This document shows positions 38,970 through 48,800 of a stretch of 64,000 nucleotides of DNA, in pieces. Each line of letters begins with the position of its first letter. The first letter of the stretch is position 1. The DNA is taken from the IMG/VR virus record IMGVR_UViG_3300031646_000001. One strand, given 5' to 3'. The notes under the pieces are model-generated. The model did not search any database and was not told the origin of the DNA. It was given only the letters and a program-made list of their open reading frames with translations. The translations under genes and the position numbers were made by a program. This stretch comes from an uncultured virus (IMG/VR IMGVR_UViG_3300031646_000001) (Duplodnaviria; Heunggongvirae; Uroviricota; Caudoviricetes).

Positions 38970-40154
38970 ATGGCAGAAAACCTTATGGAAAATGCAAACT
39001 GGGGTGCCACTAAAGAGGCTCTTCTAGAAGGACTAGAAGGCCAGCGTAAGCAGACAATGAATGTGATCTTAGAGAATACTAAGTCACATCTTACAGAAGC
39101 GGCTACCGCTGGTGCTACTGCCTCAGGCAACGTAGCAACCTTGAATAAGGTCATTTTACCAGTAATTAGACGTGTAATGCCAACAGTAATCGCTAACGAG
39201 ATTGTTGGTGTTCAGCCTATGACTGGTCCAGTTGGACAAATTCACACATTACGTGTACGTTACGCAGACACTTTTAATAGTGCCGGTGGCGTAGACACCG
39301 CGGCAGGCGAAGAGGCATTAAGCCCATTCAAGATTGCCGCAGGCTATTCAGGATCGGCCGCTGACGATAAGGCAGCAGGTACAGCCGCTCTTGAAGGTAA
39401 CGCGGGTAACCGTTTATCAATTCAGATCGTAAAAGAAACAGTAGAAGCGAAGTCACGCAAAATGTCCGCACGTTGGACTTTTGAGGCAGCGCAGGATGCT
39501 CAAGCAATGCACGGCATTGATGTTGAAGCAGAAATTCTTGCCGCACTAGCACAAGAAATTACTACTGAAATCGATCAGGAAATTCTATCATCTTTGCGTT
39601 CACTTGCAGGCGCAGATGTAACTTACACACAGGGTAGTGTAACAGGTACACCAACATACGTAGGTGACCGTCACGCCGCTCTTGCAATTCTAATGAACCA
39701 GCAGGCTAACCTAGTAGCGGCTCGCACAAGACGCGGCGCGGCTAACTGGGCAGTTGTTCCACCAAATGGACTAACAGTTCTACAAAGTGCAACAACTTCG
39801 GCATTTGCTCGTACAACAGAAGGCACATTCGAAGCACCAACAAACGTCAAGTTTGTAGGTACATTGAATGGTACAATGCGTATCTATGTTGATACATATT
39901 ACACAGAAGACGGTTCGTCAGCAGACATTCTAATGGGCTATAAAGGCTCAACAGAGACAGACGCGGCGGCATTCTATTGCCCATACGTACCACTAATGAG
40001 TAGTGGTGTCGTAATGGATCCAGCAACATTCGAGCCAGTCGTGTCATTTATGTCACGTTATGGTTACAAAGAGTTAACTAATACAGCGAACTCCTTTGGT
40101 AACGCAGGCGACTATGTATCTGGTATTGCACTAGCAGGTCTTGCATTCGTATAA
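38970..40154 (+). CDS. gp23: Major capsid protein
   Basis: IRRVMPTVIANEIVGVQPMTGPVGQIHTLR, SRKMSARWTFEAAQD, EIDQEI, FYCPYVPL, SRYG; likely cleavage site HLTE/A. Confidence 0.97.
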   Translation: MAENLMENANWGATKEALLEGLEGQRKQTMNVILENTKSHLTEAATAGATASGNVATLNKVILPVIRRVMPTVIANEIVGVQPMTGPVGQIHTLRVRYADTFNSAGGVDTAAGEEALSPFKIAAGYSGSAADDKAAGTAALEGNAGNRLSIQIVKETVEAKSRKMSARWTFEAAQDAQAMHGIDVEAEILAALAQEITTEIDQEILSSLRSLAGADVTYTQGSVTGTPTYVGDRHAALAILMNQQANLVAARTRRGAANWAVVPPNGLTVLQSATTSAFARTTEGTFEAPTNVKFVGTLNGTMRIYVDTYYTEDGSSADILMGYKGSTETDAAAFYCPYVPLMSSGVVMDPATFEPVVSFMSRYGYKELTNTANSFGNAGDYVSGIALAGLAFV

Positions 40155-40177
40155 AACATTACGCATGTTTATAGTTT

Positions 40178-40206
40178 AGAAGCCCGGGTTTACCCGGGCT
40201 TCTTTT
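40178..40206 (+). terminator. Intrinsic terminator after gp23
   Basis: AGAAGCCCGGG-ttta-CCCGGGCTTCT followed by TTT. Confidence 0.85.
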
Positions 40207-40267
40207 ATGAGCGTTCACCTTCCTTAATAGATAAATATAATTAAAGCATCGCATTAAGGTGAAATAA

Positions 40268-42553
40268 ATGGCACAAAGTTCAATTAGAAATTTAAATATT
40301 GATGGAAATTTAGTTATTTCCGGTAGTACCACACAGTTAGATGTGAATACAATTGTTGTTGATGATAATAATATTACTATTAATGATATTACAACACCAA
40401 CTGATGCAACTGCTAATCAGGGTGGATTAACATTAAAAGGTACAACCGATAAAACAATTAACTGGGTTGATGCAAATGATGCATGGACATTAAGTGAGCA
40501 TTTAGATATAGCAGATACTAAAGGATATCGAATTAATAATGTTTCAGTATTAACTGCAACTACACTTGGTAGTTCTGTTATTAATAGTAGTTTAACAAGC
40601 ATTGGAACATTAACTGAATTAACTGTTGATAACATTAAAATTGATGGTTCTAATATTGGACTACTAACTGATTTAGATTTAATTACTCTAACAAACAATA
40701 CTGTTACAGTATTAGGTGCCGTTCATGCTACAACATTGCATGGCGATGGCAATGCAGTTACAAATTTAAATACATCATCATTTTCGGCACCAGGAAGTAA
40801 TGGCGATATAATTATAAATTCATCTGGTGGATTGGGTGCAATATCTACAGTTCCTTTGGCCCAAGGTGGTACAGGTGGCACAGATGCTGATACAGCAAAA
40901 ACTAATTTAGGTTTAGGTACTGGTAGTTCACCAACCTTTGGTAGTACAAACGGCGGCCATGGCGCCGTTCACATTGAAGCACATCCAGATGGCTCAACAC
41001 TTAAAACGGCTGGCCTTTTGCAACGAAGTCTTCCACCGGCTGCCGGCTCTGGCCATAGATTTTTTACTGGTATAGGCGACGCAAATGGTAGTTATTTAAT
41101 TTCACATAAAGTTACAAGCGATGCTGGTGTCGATTCCGGAACTGCAAAAGTTTATTTTTGGACAACAGATATTGGAAATAAAGTATACCTTGGTGGTACT
41201 TATCCTTCCGCAACAACAACGAATGCTTATATTAATGGTTTAGCATATCCAACAGCAGATGGTTCTAATGGTCAAGTTATGACTACAAATGGCGCAGGCA
41301 CATTAAGTTTTACAAGTGTTTCTGGAATAGGCGCATTGTTGGCGTCAAACAATTTAAGTGATTTAGCAAGTGCCGCAACATCAAGAACTAACTTAGGATT
41401 AGGTACATCAGCAACACAAAATTCGGGTGTGTTTGCACAAGTTGCTAATAATTTAAGTGATGTTACAGCCGCAACAGCAAGAACTAATTTAGGTATTACA
41501 GCAACAGGCGCAGATACTGCTTATGCATTTAGAGCAAATAATTTAAGTGATGTTACAGCCGCAACAGCAAGAACTAACTTAGGCGTAACAGCAACAGGTG
41601 CTGATACCGCTTATAGTTTTAGAGCAAATAATCTAAGTGATTTAGCAAATGCCGCAACAGCAAGAACTAACTTAGGCGTAACAGCAACAGGTGCTGATAC
41701 TGCATATAATTTTCGAGCAAACAATTTAAGTGATTTAGCAAATGCCGCAACAGCAAGAACTAACTTAGGGTTAGGTACAATTGCTACACAAGCCGCTAAT
41801 GCTGTTGACATTGACGGTGGTGCAATTGATGGCGCAACAATTGGCGCTAACTCAGCACAACCTGCAACAGTTACAACATTTACTTCAACTGGTATCGATG
41901 ATAATGCTTCTTCAACTGCAATGACAATTGCTTCTAATCAAGATACAACGTTCGCGCAAGGCATTAAAGTTGGTAATATAGCAGGTGCCGCAGGCGCAGG
42001 TAACATACGTTGGTCAGGCACAGACTTCCAAGGACATGATGGTAGTAATTGGCAATCATTAACAAGTGCCGCAACTGCTTCGGTAAGTGGTAACATTGCA
42101 ACATTTACAACAACACAAGCAATAACAGGTACATCATATGCTGATGTTCCTGGGTATACAACAGCAATTACAGTAACAAATTCAAATATTATTAATGTAC
42201 AAGTTAACGTTGATTTACTCGCGCCCGCCACTTCCTTCCTGTCTTATCTTAAATTGGTAAGAGTTATAGGTGGTACACCTACAGATTTATATGAAGATGA
42301 AAGCGGCTCGTCGTCTAATGAAAATCCCAATCATTTTAATATTTCATATGCAGATGCCCATGGCCAAGCAAACGGTACTGTTATTACATATAAACTAATG
42401 GCAAAAGTATCGGGTAATACATTAACTGTTAATCCGTATGCAAACAATGCACAAATTTTCGTTTATGAAATTACAACAAGTCCAACCGCAGTTACATCAG
42501 TATGGGGCCAGACTGGCGACGTTACTTCAGCCGACTGGGGCTCGGTAGCATAA
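40268..42553 (+). CDS. Fibre/virion structural protein with ANNLSD...ARTNLG repeats
   Basis: Gly/Thr/Ala-rich; YPTADGSNGQVMTTNGAGTLSF fibre motif; five repeats; TAAATA at 40232-40237. Confidence 0.7.
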   Translation: MAQSSIRNLNIDGNLVISGSTTQLDVNTIVVDDNNITINDITTPTDATANQGGLTLKGTTDKTINWVDANDAWTLSEHLDIADTKGYRINNVSVLTATTLGSSVINSSLTSIGTLTELTVDNIKIDGSNIGLLTDLDLITLTNNTVTVLGAVHATTLHGDGNAVTNLNTSSFSAPGSNGDIIINSSGGLGAISTVPLAQGGTGGTDADTAKTNLGLGTGSSPTFGSTNGGHGAVHIEAHPDGSTLKTAGLLQRSLPPAAGSGHRFFTGIGDANGSYLISHKVTSDAGVDSGTAKVYFWTTDIGNKVYLGGTYPSATTTNAYINGLAYPTADGSNGQVMTTNGAGTLSFTSVSGIGALLASNNLSDLASAATSRTNLGLGTSATQNSGVFAQVANNLSDVTAATARTNLGITATGADTAYAFRANNLSDVTAATARTNLGVTATGADTAYSFRANNLSDLANAATARTNLGVTATGADTAYNFRANNLSDLANAATARTNLGLGTIATQAANAVDIDGGAIDGATIGANSAQPATVTTFTSTGIDDNASSTAMTIASNQDTTFAQGIKVGNIAGAAGAGNIRWSGTDFQGHDGSNWQSLTSAATASVSGNIATFTTTQAITGTSYADVPGYTTAITVTNSNIINVQVNVDLLAPATSFLSYLKLVRVIGGTPTDLYEDESGSSSNENPNHFNISYADAHGQANGTVITYKLMAKVSGNTLTVNPYANNAQIFVYEITTSPTAVTSVWGQTGDVTSADWGSVA
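41340..41775 (+). repeat. Five ~90-100-bp coding repeats (ANNLSD-x-AATARTNLG)
   Basis: aat(t/c)taagtga...gcaacagcaagaactaac/tttagg recurs at ~41351, 41450, 41539, 41629 and 41722. Confidence 0.85.
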
Positions 42554-42697
42554 CATACTATTAAACTTCATTCTCCCTAATAATCAATAAATACATGCAG
42601 TTGTTAATTGTTCAAGAGGGTGTAGGCACCCAATTGTTTTAAAATATCAGAAATATTTTATAAAATATTTACGACTATATATACGGGAGAATAATAA

Positions 42698-44131
42698 ATG
42701 CCAAATTATGCAGTACAACGTCGACGTGGTACTACTGCCCAACATAGCTCATTTACAGGCCTAGAAGGTGAATTGTCAGTTGATACAACGAAGGACATTG
42801 TTGTTGTTCATGATGGTTCAACAGCAGGCGGCCGAGCAATGCTACGTGAAGACGTAGACAATCTAGCAAATGACGCTATCTCAGGTGATAAAGTTCATGG
42901 TGGTACTATTAGTGGTAGCGTAATCTTAGATGATGGCGCTAACGCAACAACACAATCAGCAGGTAATGCTACAACTTTACTTGCTACAACAGCATTTGTA
43001 ACAACAGCAGTTGCAGGTGAAAACACACTAGCGGAGATGGGCGATGTTGCTCTTTCAACTCCAGCAGATGCCGCATTACTATTATACGACACAGGCTCTT
43101 CAACTTGGAGAGATGCGGCTATGTCAGGCGATGCAACAATCAGCGACACTGGTGCAATTACAGTTTCTGGTTCTGCTACAGCAGATGCATGGTCAACAGC
43201 AAGAACATTGTCCTTTACAGGCGATGTAACTGGCTCAGGTTCAGTAGATGGCTCAGGCAACGTAGCAACCGCTTTAACAATCGCAGCAGATTCAGTTGCA
43301 CTAGGTACCGATACTACTGGTAACTATGTGTTGTCAGTTGCAGACTCAGGCGGCGGCAATATTACAGTTACTAATGGTGTAGCAGAGGGTGGTGCAGTAA
43401 CACTTAATACCGCACAAGATATCGCTACAGGTGATTCACCAACATTTGTTGGTTTAACACTTACTGGCGACTTAACTGTTGGTGGTACAACAACTACAGT
43501 TAACTCAACTGTTGTTTCAATTGCAGACGCAATGATTCAGTTAGCATCAGGTAACTCATCCGCGACAGCCGCTTACATTGGTATGCAGGCAGAGCGCGGT
43601 AGCGGCTCGTTCGGAGATCCAGATGCATACTTTGTTTGGGAAGAATCATCAGATCGTTGGAGAGCAACAACTTCACCAGATGGTACAAATCACACAGATG
43701 CAAATATGCAATGTGGTACACTAAATGGTACAGCAACAGCCGCTCTATATTCTGACTTAGCAGAACGCTATTCATCAGATGCAGTATACGAAGCCGGCAC
43801 AGTTGTTAGTTTTGGTGGCGCAAACGAAGTTACACAAAGTACAGAAATGTATGATACTCGTGTAGCAGGCGTTGTTTCTACTAATCCAGCACATTTAATG
43901 AATGCCGAAGCAGGCACAAACGAAACTCATCCAGCAATCGCACTAAGCGGTCGCGTTCCAGTAAAAGTTATGGGTACAGTACGCAAGGGCGACCTAATGG
44001 TAACATCAGCACAAACTGGTGTAGCAATGGCCGCAGACGAGCGTGTAACAGGAGCAATCATTGGTAAGGCTATTGAAGCACATACTGGTGAAGGTATTGG
44101 TGTTATTGAAGTTCTAATTGCAATGATGTAA
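42698..44131 (+). CDS. Tail fibre/spike with Mtd-like N-terminal anchor and C-terminal intramolecular chaperone (peptidase G2/IMC-like)
   Basis: QRRRGTTAQHSSFTGLEGELSVDTTKDIVVVHDGSTAGG N-terminus; YSDLAERY...GTVVSFGG...GVVSTNPA...GRVPVKV..GDLMV..IIGKA C-terminus. Confidence 0.75.
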   Translation: MPNYAVQRRRGTTAQHSSFTGLEGELSVDTTKDIVVVHDGSTAGGRAMLREDVDNLANDAISGDKVHGGTISGSVILDDGANATTQSAGNATTLLATTAFVTTAVAGENTLAEMGDVALSTPADAALLLYDTGSSTWRDAAMSGDATISDTGAITVSGSATADAWSTARTLSFTGDVTGSGSVDGSGNVATALTIAADSVALGTDTTGNYVLSVADSGGGNITVTNGVAEGGAVTLNTAQDIATGDSPTFVGLTLTGDLTVGGTTTTVNSTVVSIADAMIQLASGNSSATAAYIGMQAERGSGSFGDPDAYFVWEESSDRWRATTSPDGTNHTDANMQCGTLNGTATAALYSDLAERYSSDAVYEAGTVVSFGGANEVTQSTEMYDTRVAGVVSTNPAHLMNAEAGTNETHPAIALSGRVPVKVMGTVRKGDLMVTSAQTGVAMAADERVTGAIIGKAIEAHTGEGIGVIEVLIAMM

Positions 44132-44154
44132 TTTATACTTTTAACATATAGATT

Positions 44155-44185
44155 ATAAAGAGGGCTATTAGCCCTCTTTATTTTT
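44155..44185. terminator. Terminator between convergent genes
   Basis: ATAAAGAGGGCT-att-AGCCCTCTTTAT followed by TTTT. Confidence 0.75.
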
Positions 44186-44851
44186 GAGTTTAATAATAGT
44201 TAAAGGTTCATTCGGATCATATTCGTACATTGTATTAAATGCTTTAATCCAAAGATCAAATTCTTTTTGTTGTTCAAGTGCTTCATGGTATATAACAGGA
44301 AGCATATACATATTAGTATTCTTCCATCGTATAGCATGATGTTTAATTAATTGTTTTAAATTTTCATTGTCAAATTTAATTGATTCAATTACCTCGTCAA
44401 GCCATTTATGATTTTTAAATAAACTTAAAAACCAGATGTGTGTTTTATTGTTCTCATCATATTCAAGTTGTGTTACTTGTAAGTCATAATATAATGCTCT
44501 TACAGGATGAATCTCTGGACGATATTTTATTAAAACTGTTGGAAATTTAAAATCTGCTTTTTTTGATTTATATGTGTCTTGTAATACAAGGTAATCATTT
44601 GCAAAATCATTTTTATTTTTATGATATTTGTCTACTTTAAAGTTAATAATCTGCCTTTTAATTTCCTGCAGAAGTTTTCGAGTTTTTTTATCCGTAAACT
44701 CTTTTTTCCAATAATCTATAGCAAGGTACGCTGAACTGAATTTATTCTTATACTTTCCTTCTGAAAAGTATTTTGGGATAGTTCCAGTTATGTCGAATGC
44801 CTTTATTTGCCTATGTAATTCTGCCTTTATTAGATTAATTATAGTTGCCAT
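44168..44851 (-). CDS. Hypothetical protein
   Basis: 227-aa ORF with AAGGAG RBS and a minus-strand TAAATA at 44888-44893. Confidence 0.7.
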   Translation of the reverse strand: MATIINLIKAELHRQIKAFDITGTIPKYFSEGKYKNKFSSAYLAIDYWKKEFTDKKTRKLLQEIKRQIINFKVDKYHKNKNDFANDYLVLQDTYKSKKADFKFPTVLIKYRPEIHPVRALYYDLQVTQLEYDENNKTHIWFLSLFKNHKWLDEVIESIKFDNENLKQLIKHHAIRWKNTNMYMLPVIYHEALEQQKEFDLWIKAFNTMYEYDPNEPLTIIKLKNKEG

Positions 44852-45013
44852 TCATGGCTCCTTATACAATTTACAATTTACTATAAATATTTACAATTAA
44901 TTGCTTGTTCGATAAAACTGGCTTTTAGTATTATAAGATCTTATAATTTAAAAAAGAATTCGTGTAAATACTACTGTTACACATTTGTAAGAATTGTAAA
45001 TTGTGAGGGAAAA

Positions 45014-45595
45014 ATGGAAATCCAAAAACATCAGTTGTTCGCAACTGAAATCTATACCACTAACTTTGAAACATCAGATGATGTTAACAAAGTTATATTA
45101 GAACAGTTTGATGCAAGCAAAGAATATCATACTGTTTCACATCATAACACCATGAGGTATGAGAATACCTATGTTTCTGTACAACACGTTCCTGCTGTCC
45201 AAGCAATCTTAACATCTGCTGTAGCAGTAACAAGTGTTTTTACAAAACAACAATTTCAAATCAATGAAAATAATTGGTGGTTTAATATTATGAAAGGTGG
45301 TGATGTTACTGATCCACATGGACATAGTCCTGGTCCTGTTTGGTCTGGCGTTTATTATGTCAAAGTACCCGCAGGGAGTGGAAAGTTATATTTCACTTAT
45401 AATCGTATGCATATTAAAGAACCAAATTTCTACAAGTATATTGGACATAATTTCCAAGATGTTGAAATTATTCCAGTCGAAGGTATGATGGTTATTTTTC
45501 CAAGTTGGTTAGATCATAGAGTTGGAATGCAACAAAATAATGAAGATCGCATTTCAATATCGTTTAATATGAGATACCCACATGGAATATTATAA
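45014..45595 (+). CDS. 2OG-Fe(II) oxygenase (TIGR02466-like phage family)
   Basis: WFNIM...PHGH..WSGVYYV...EGMMVIFPSWLDHRV...RISISFN; TAAATA at 44965-44970. Confidence 0.85.
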   Translation: MEIQKHQLFATEIYTTNFETSDDVNKVILEQFDASKEYHTVSHHNTMRYENTYVSVQHVPAVQAILTSAVAVTSVFTKQQFQINENNWWFNIMKGGDVTDPHGHSPGPVWSGVYYVKVPAGSGKLYFTYNRMHIKEPNFYKYIGHNFQDVEIIPVEGMMVIFPSWLDHRVGMQQNNEDRISISFNMRYPHGIL

Positions 45596-45622
45596 TATCA
45601 TACAATGCAAGTAATACTTCGA

Positions 45623-45826
45623 TAAATACTTGTAACAAGTGCTCTAATTAGTACTTGTGTCTCGTTCCGTAACAGGAACTCCATGCGTTTATCTGCCCCC
45701 GCCTGAGACCGGGGAGGTTTAGAGAGGCATCTCTTAACTAAGCCTAGGATAAGTCAACATATGCAGTTGGCCTAGTCTAGAGTGATAAACAAGCCTATTT
45801 ATAGACTTAATGGAGGTAATCATAAA
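45623..45826 (+). promoter_or_regulatory. Late promoter plus ~200-nt structured 5' leader of the large fibre gene
   Basis: TAAATA 45623-45628, several hairpins, a long-range GTTTATC/GATAAAC pairing, GGAGGT RBS at 45812-45817. Confidence 0.55.
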
Positions 45827-48800
45827 ATGGCAAATATCAAAAACTTTGGTATTGCTGGTGTTTCAGCCGACGTTCAGATGGGTAAGAGTGGTGGCCGCTT
45901 AGTATATGATAGCGGTAATACACTATTCAAATTTACTACATCAGACGGTTCAACATTAGCAAAACTACGTGTCGCTGAACCATCAGGTACAACTGATGCT
46001 GCTTCGAAAGGATACGTTGATGGTGTTGCTTCTGGCTTAGATGTTAAAGATTCGGTACGTGTTGCTACTACAGCGGCAGGTACTCTCTCTTCATCTTTTG
46101 CTAACGGCAGTACAGTTGACGGCATTTCACTAGCAACCAACGACAGAATTTTAATTCAAGACCAAGTAAGTGGTGCAGAAAACGGTATCTACACAGTTAA
46201 CGCTTCTGGCGCACCAACTCGTGCAACAGATTTCGACGCTGACAGTGAAGTAACCGCTGGTGCATTTACATTCGTTGAAGAAGGTACAACAAACGCTGAT
46301 AACGGTTTTGTACTAACAACAGATGGTACAATCACAGTAGGTACAACAGCAATAGCGTTCGCTCAGTTCTCTGGTGCGGGTTCAATTATTGCTGGTGCAG
46401 GTTTAACTAAATCTGGTAGCACATTGAATGTTATTGCAGGTACTGGTATTACAGTAAATGCTAACGATGTGCAGATTTCTGCCTCATACGCTGGTCAAAA
46501 TACAATAACAACCCTCGGTACAGTTGCTACAGGTACATGGAACGGCACAGGCATTGCAAATGCTTATGTTGACAATGACCTAACAATTTCCGGTGGTACA
46601 GTAGACAATTCAATAATTGGTGGTACAACACCAGTTGCTGGTACGTTTACAACACTAACAGCCAATACATCTCTTGTAGGTACATTGGGAACAGCCGCAC
46701 AAGGTAGCGTTACATCTTTGGGTACACTAACAGCACTCAACGTTGATAACCTTAACTTAAACGGTAATGCAATTACATCAACAGACTCTAATGGTAACAT
46801 TGACCTAACCCCACACGGTGTTGGTGAAGTTAACATTACTAAAGTTGATATTGACGGCGGCGCAATCGACGGCACAATAATTGGTGCTAACTCAGCAGTC
46901 GCTGGTACATTCGGTGCCTTAACATCAACTGGTACATCAACACACGCATCAGTAGATATTAATGGTGGTGCAATTGACGGAACTAACATTGGTGCGGCTT
47001 CGGTTGGTACTGGTGCGTTCTCAACAATTAGTGCAACTGGTACAACAACTGGTGTTGCCGCTAATTATAGTGGCGCAGTAGGCGTTGACGGTAACTTTGA
47101 TGTTGCTACTAACAAGTTCACCGTAGCCGCGGCGACTGGTAATACAGTTGTTGCTGGTACACTTGGTGTAACTGGTCTATCAACATTGGCAACAGTTGAT
47201 GTTGGTGGTGGTGCAATTGACGGTACAATAGTTGGTGCCGCTTCGGCAGCCGCTGGTACGTTTACAGCATTAACTGCAACAGGCACATCGACACTTCCAG
47301 TTATTAATGGTAGTGGTGCGTGGACCAACACTGGTACACTTACAGCAGGTACAGTTGACATTAATGGCGGTGCTATTGACGGCACTAACATTGGTGCTAA
47401 CGCACAAGGCACTGGTCGTTTTTCATCGTTGCAAGCAGATACACTTGCTGGCGCATTGAATGCTTCTAGTCAAGCCATTACAAACGTTAATATTGATAGT
47501 GGTGCAATCGACGGTACTCCAATTGGTGCAAATTCAGTATCAACTGGTGCTTTCGGCGCATTAACATCAACTAGTCATGTTTCCTCAGGTAACATTTCTG
47601 GTGTTGACGGTACATTCTCCGGTAACCTCGCAGTTACAGGTAATATTGTTGGTAGCGGCAATTTAACAATCAGTGGTGATACTGTTACAGCAAACGTAAC
47701 AACTATTACTATTGAAGATCCACTAATGCTACTTTCAAGTAGTGCAGCCGATGCTGGTACAGTTGACGCTGGTTTTGTTGTAGAGCGTGGTTCTTCTGCT
47801 AACGTAGCATTGCTATGGGACGAATCAGCAGATGAGTTCGCGGCAATTTCTACAACAGATACAGGTACTACAGCAGGTAACGTTACAATCGCTGCCTATG
47901 CAGACTTCAAGGCCAAAGATGTTCAGGCCGGAGGTGCATTAACAGCAGCCGGTGCTACAACACTTAGTGGTGCTCTTACTGTTTCAGGTGGTGGTGCAGT
48001 TGCTCTAGGTGCAAGTGCCTTAACAGGTTCTGGTGCGTGGACACATACTGGTACACTTACAGCAGGTACAGTTGACATTAACGGTGGTGCAATTGATGGA
48101 ACAGCAATTGGTGCGGCTTCGGCAAGCACTGGTGCGTTCTCAACATTGAGTGCAACCGGTACATCAACACTAACAACTGTTGATATCAATGCAGGTAATA
48201 TTGATAATACAGTAATTGGTGCAAGTACAGCAGTCGCTGGTACATTTGCGGCGTTGACAGCAACTGGCACATCAACACTTTCAACTGTTGATATTAACGC
48301 TGGTGCAATTGATGGAACAGCAATTGGTGCAAATTCAGTATCAACTGGTGCGTTCTCAACAATTAGTGCAACTGGTGCAATCACTGGTGATTTAACTGGT
48401 GACGTAGCAGGTAACGTAACATCAACTGGTACTTCAACTTTCACAACCGTAGATATTAACGGTGGTGCAATTGACGGTACTAATATTGGTGCTAACCAAG
48501 TAGGTACTGGACACTTCTCAACATTAGGTGCAACCGGTACATTAACTGGTGTTGCCGCTAACTTTAGTGGTGCAGTAGGCGTTGATGGCAACTTTGATGT
48601 TGCTACTAACAAGTTCACAGTAAATGCAACTAGTGGTAACACACAGGTTGCTGGTACACTGGGTTCAACAGGTGCAATTACAGCATCAGCAGGCGTAACT
48701 GGTGATTTAACTGGTAACGTTGCTGGTAACGTAACATCAACTGGTACTTCAACTTTCACAACCGTAGATATTAACGGTGGTGCAATTGATGGTACAGCAA

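Noticed and set aside
41340..41775. CRISPR-like array
   Set aside because: Repeats are in-frame coding units with synonymous variation and conserved intervening sequence; no cas genes
42698..44131. Diversity-generating retroelement suggested by the Mtd-like N-terminus
   Set aside because: No reverse transcriptase, Avd or TR/VR pair with adenine-specific mismatches in the window; the C-terminus is a chaperone-type domain, not a C-lectin variable region
45782..45826. GTG start at 45782 for the large fibre gene
   Set aside because: It lies within the structured leader; the strong GGAGGT RBS points to ATG 45827
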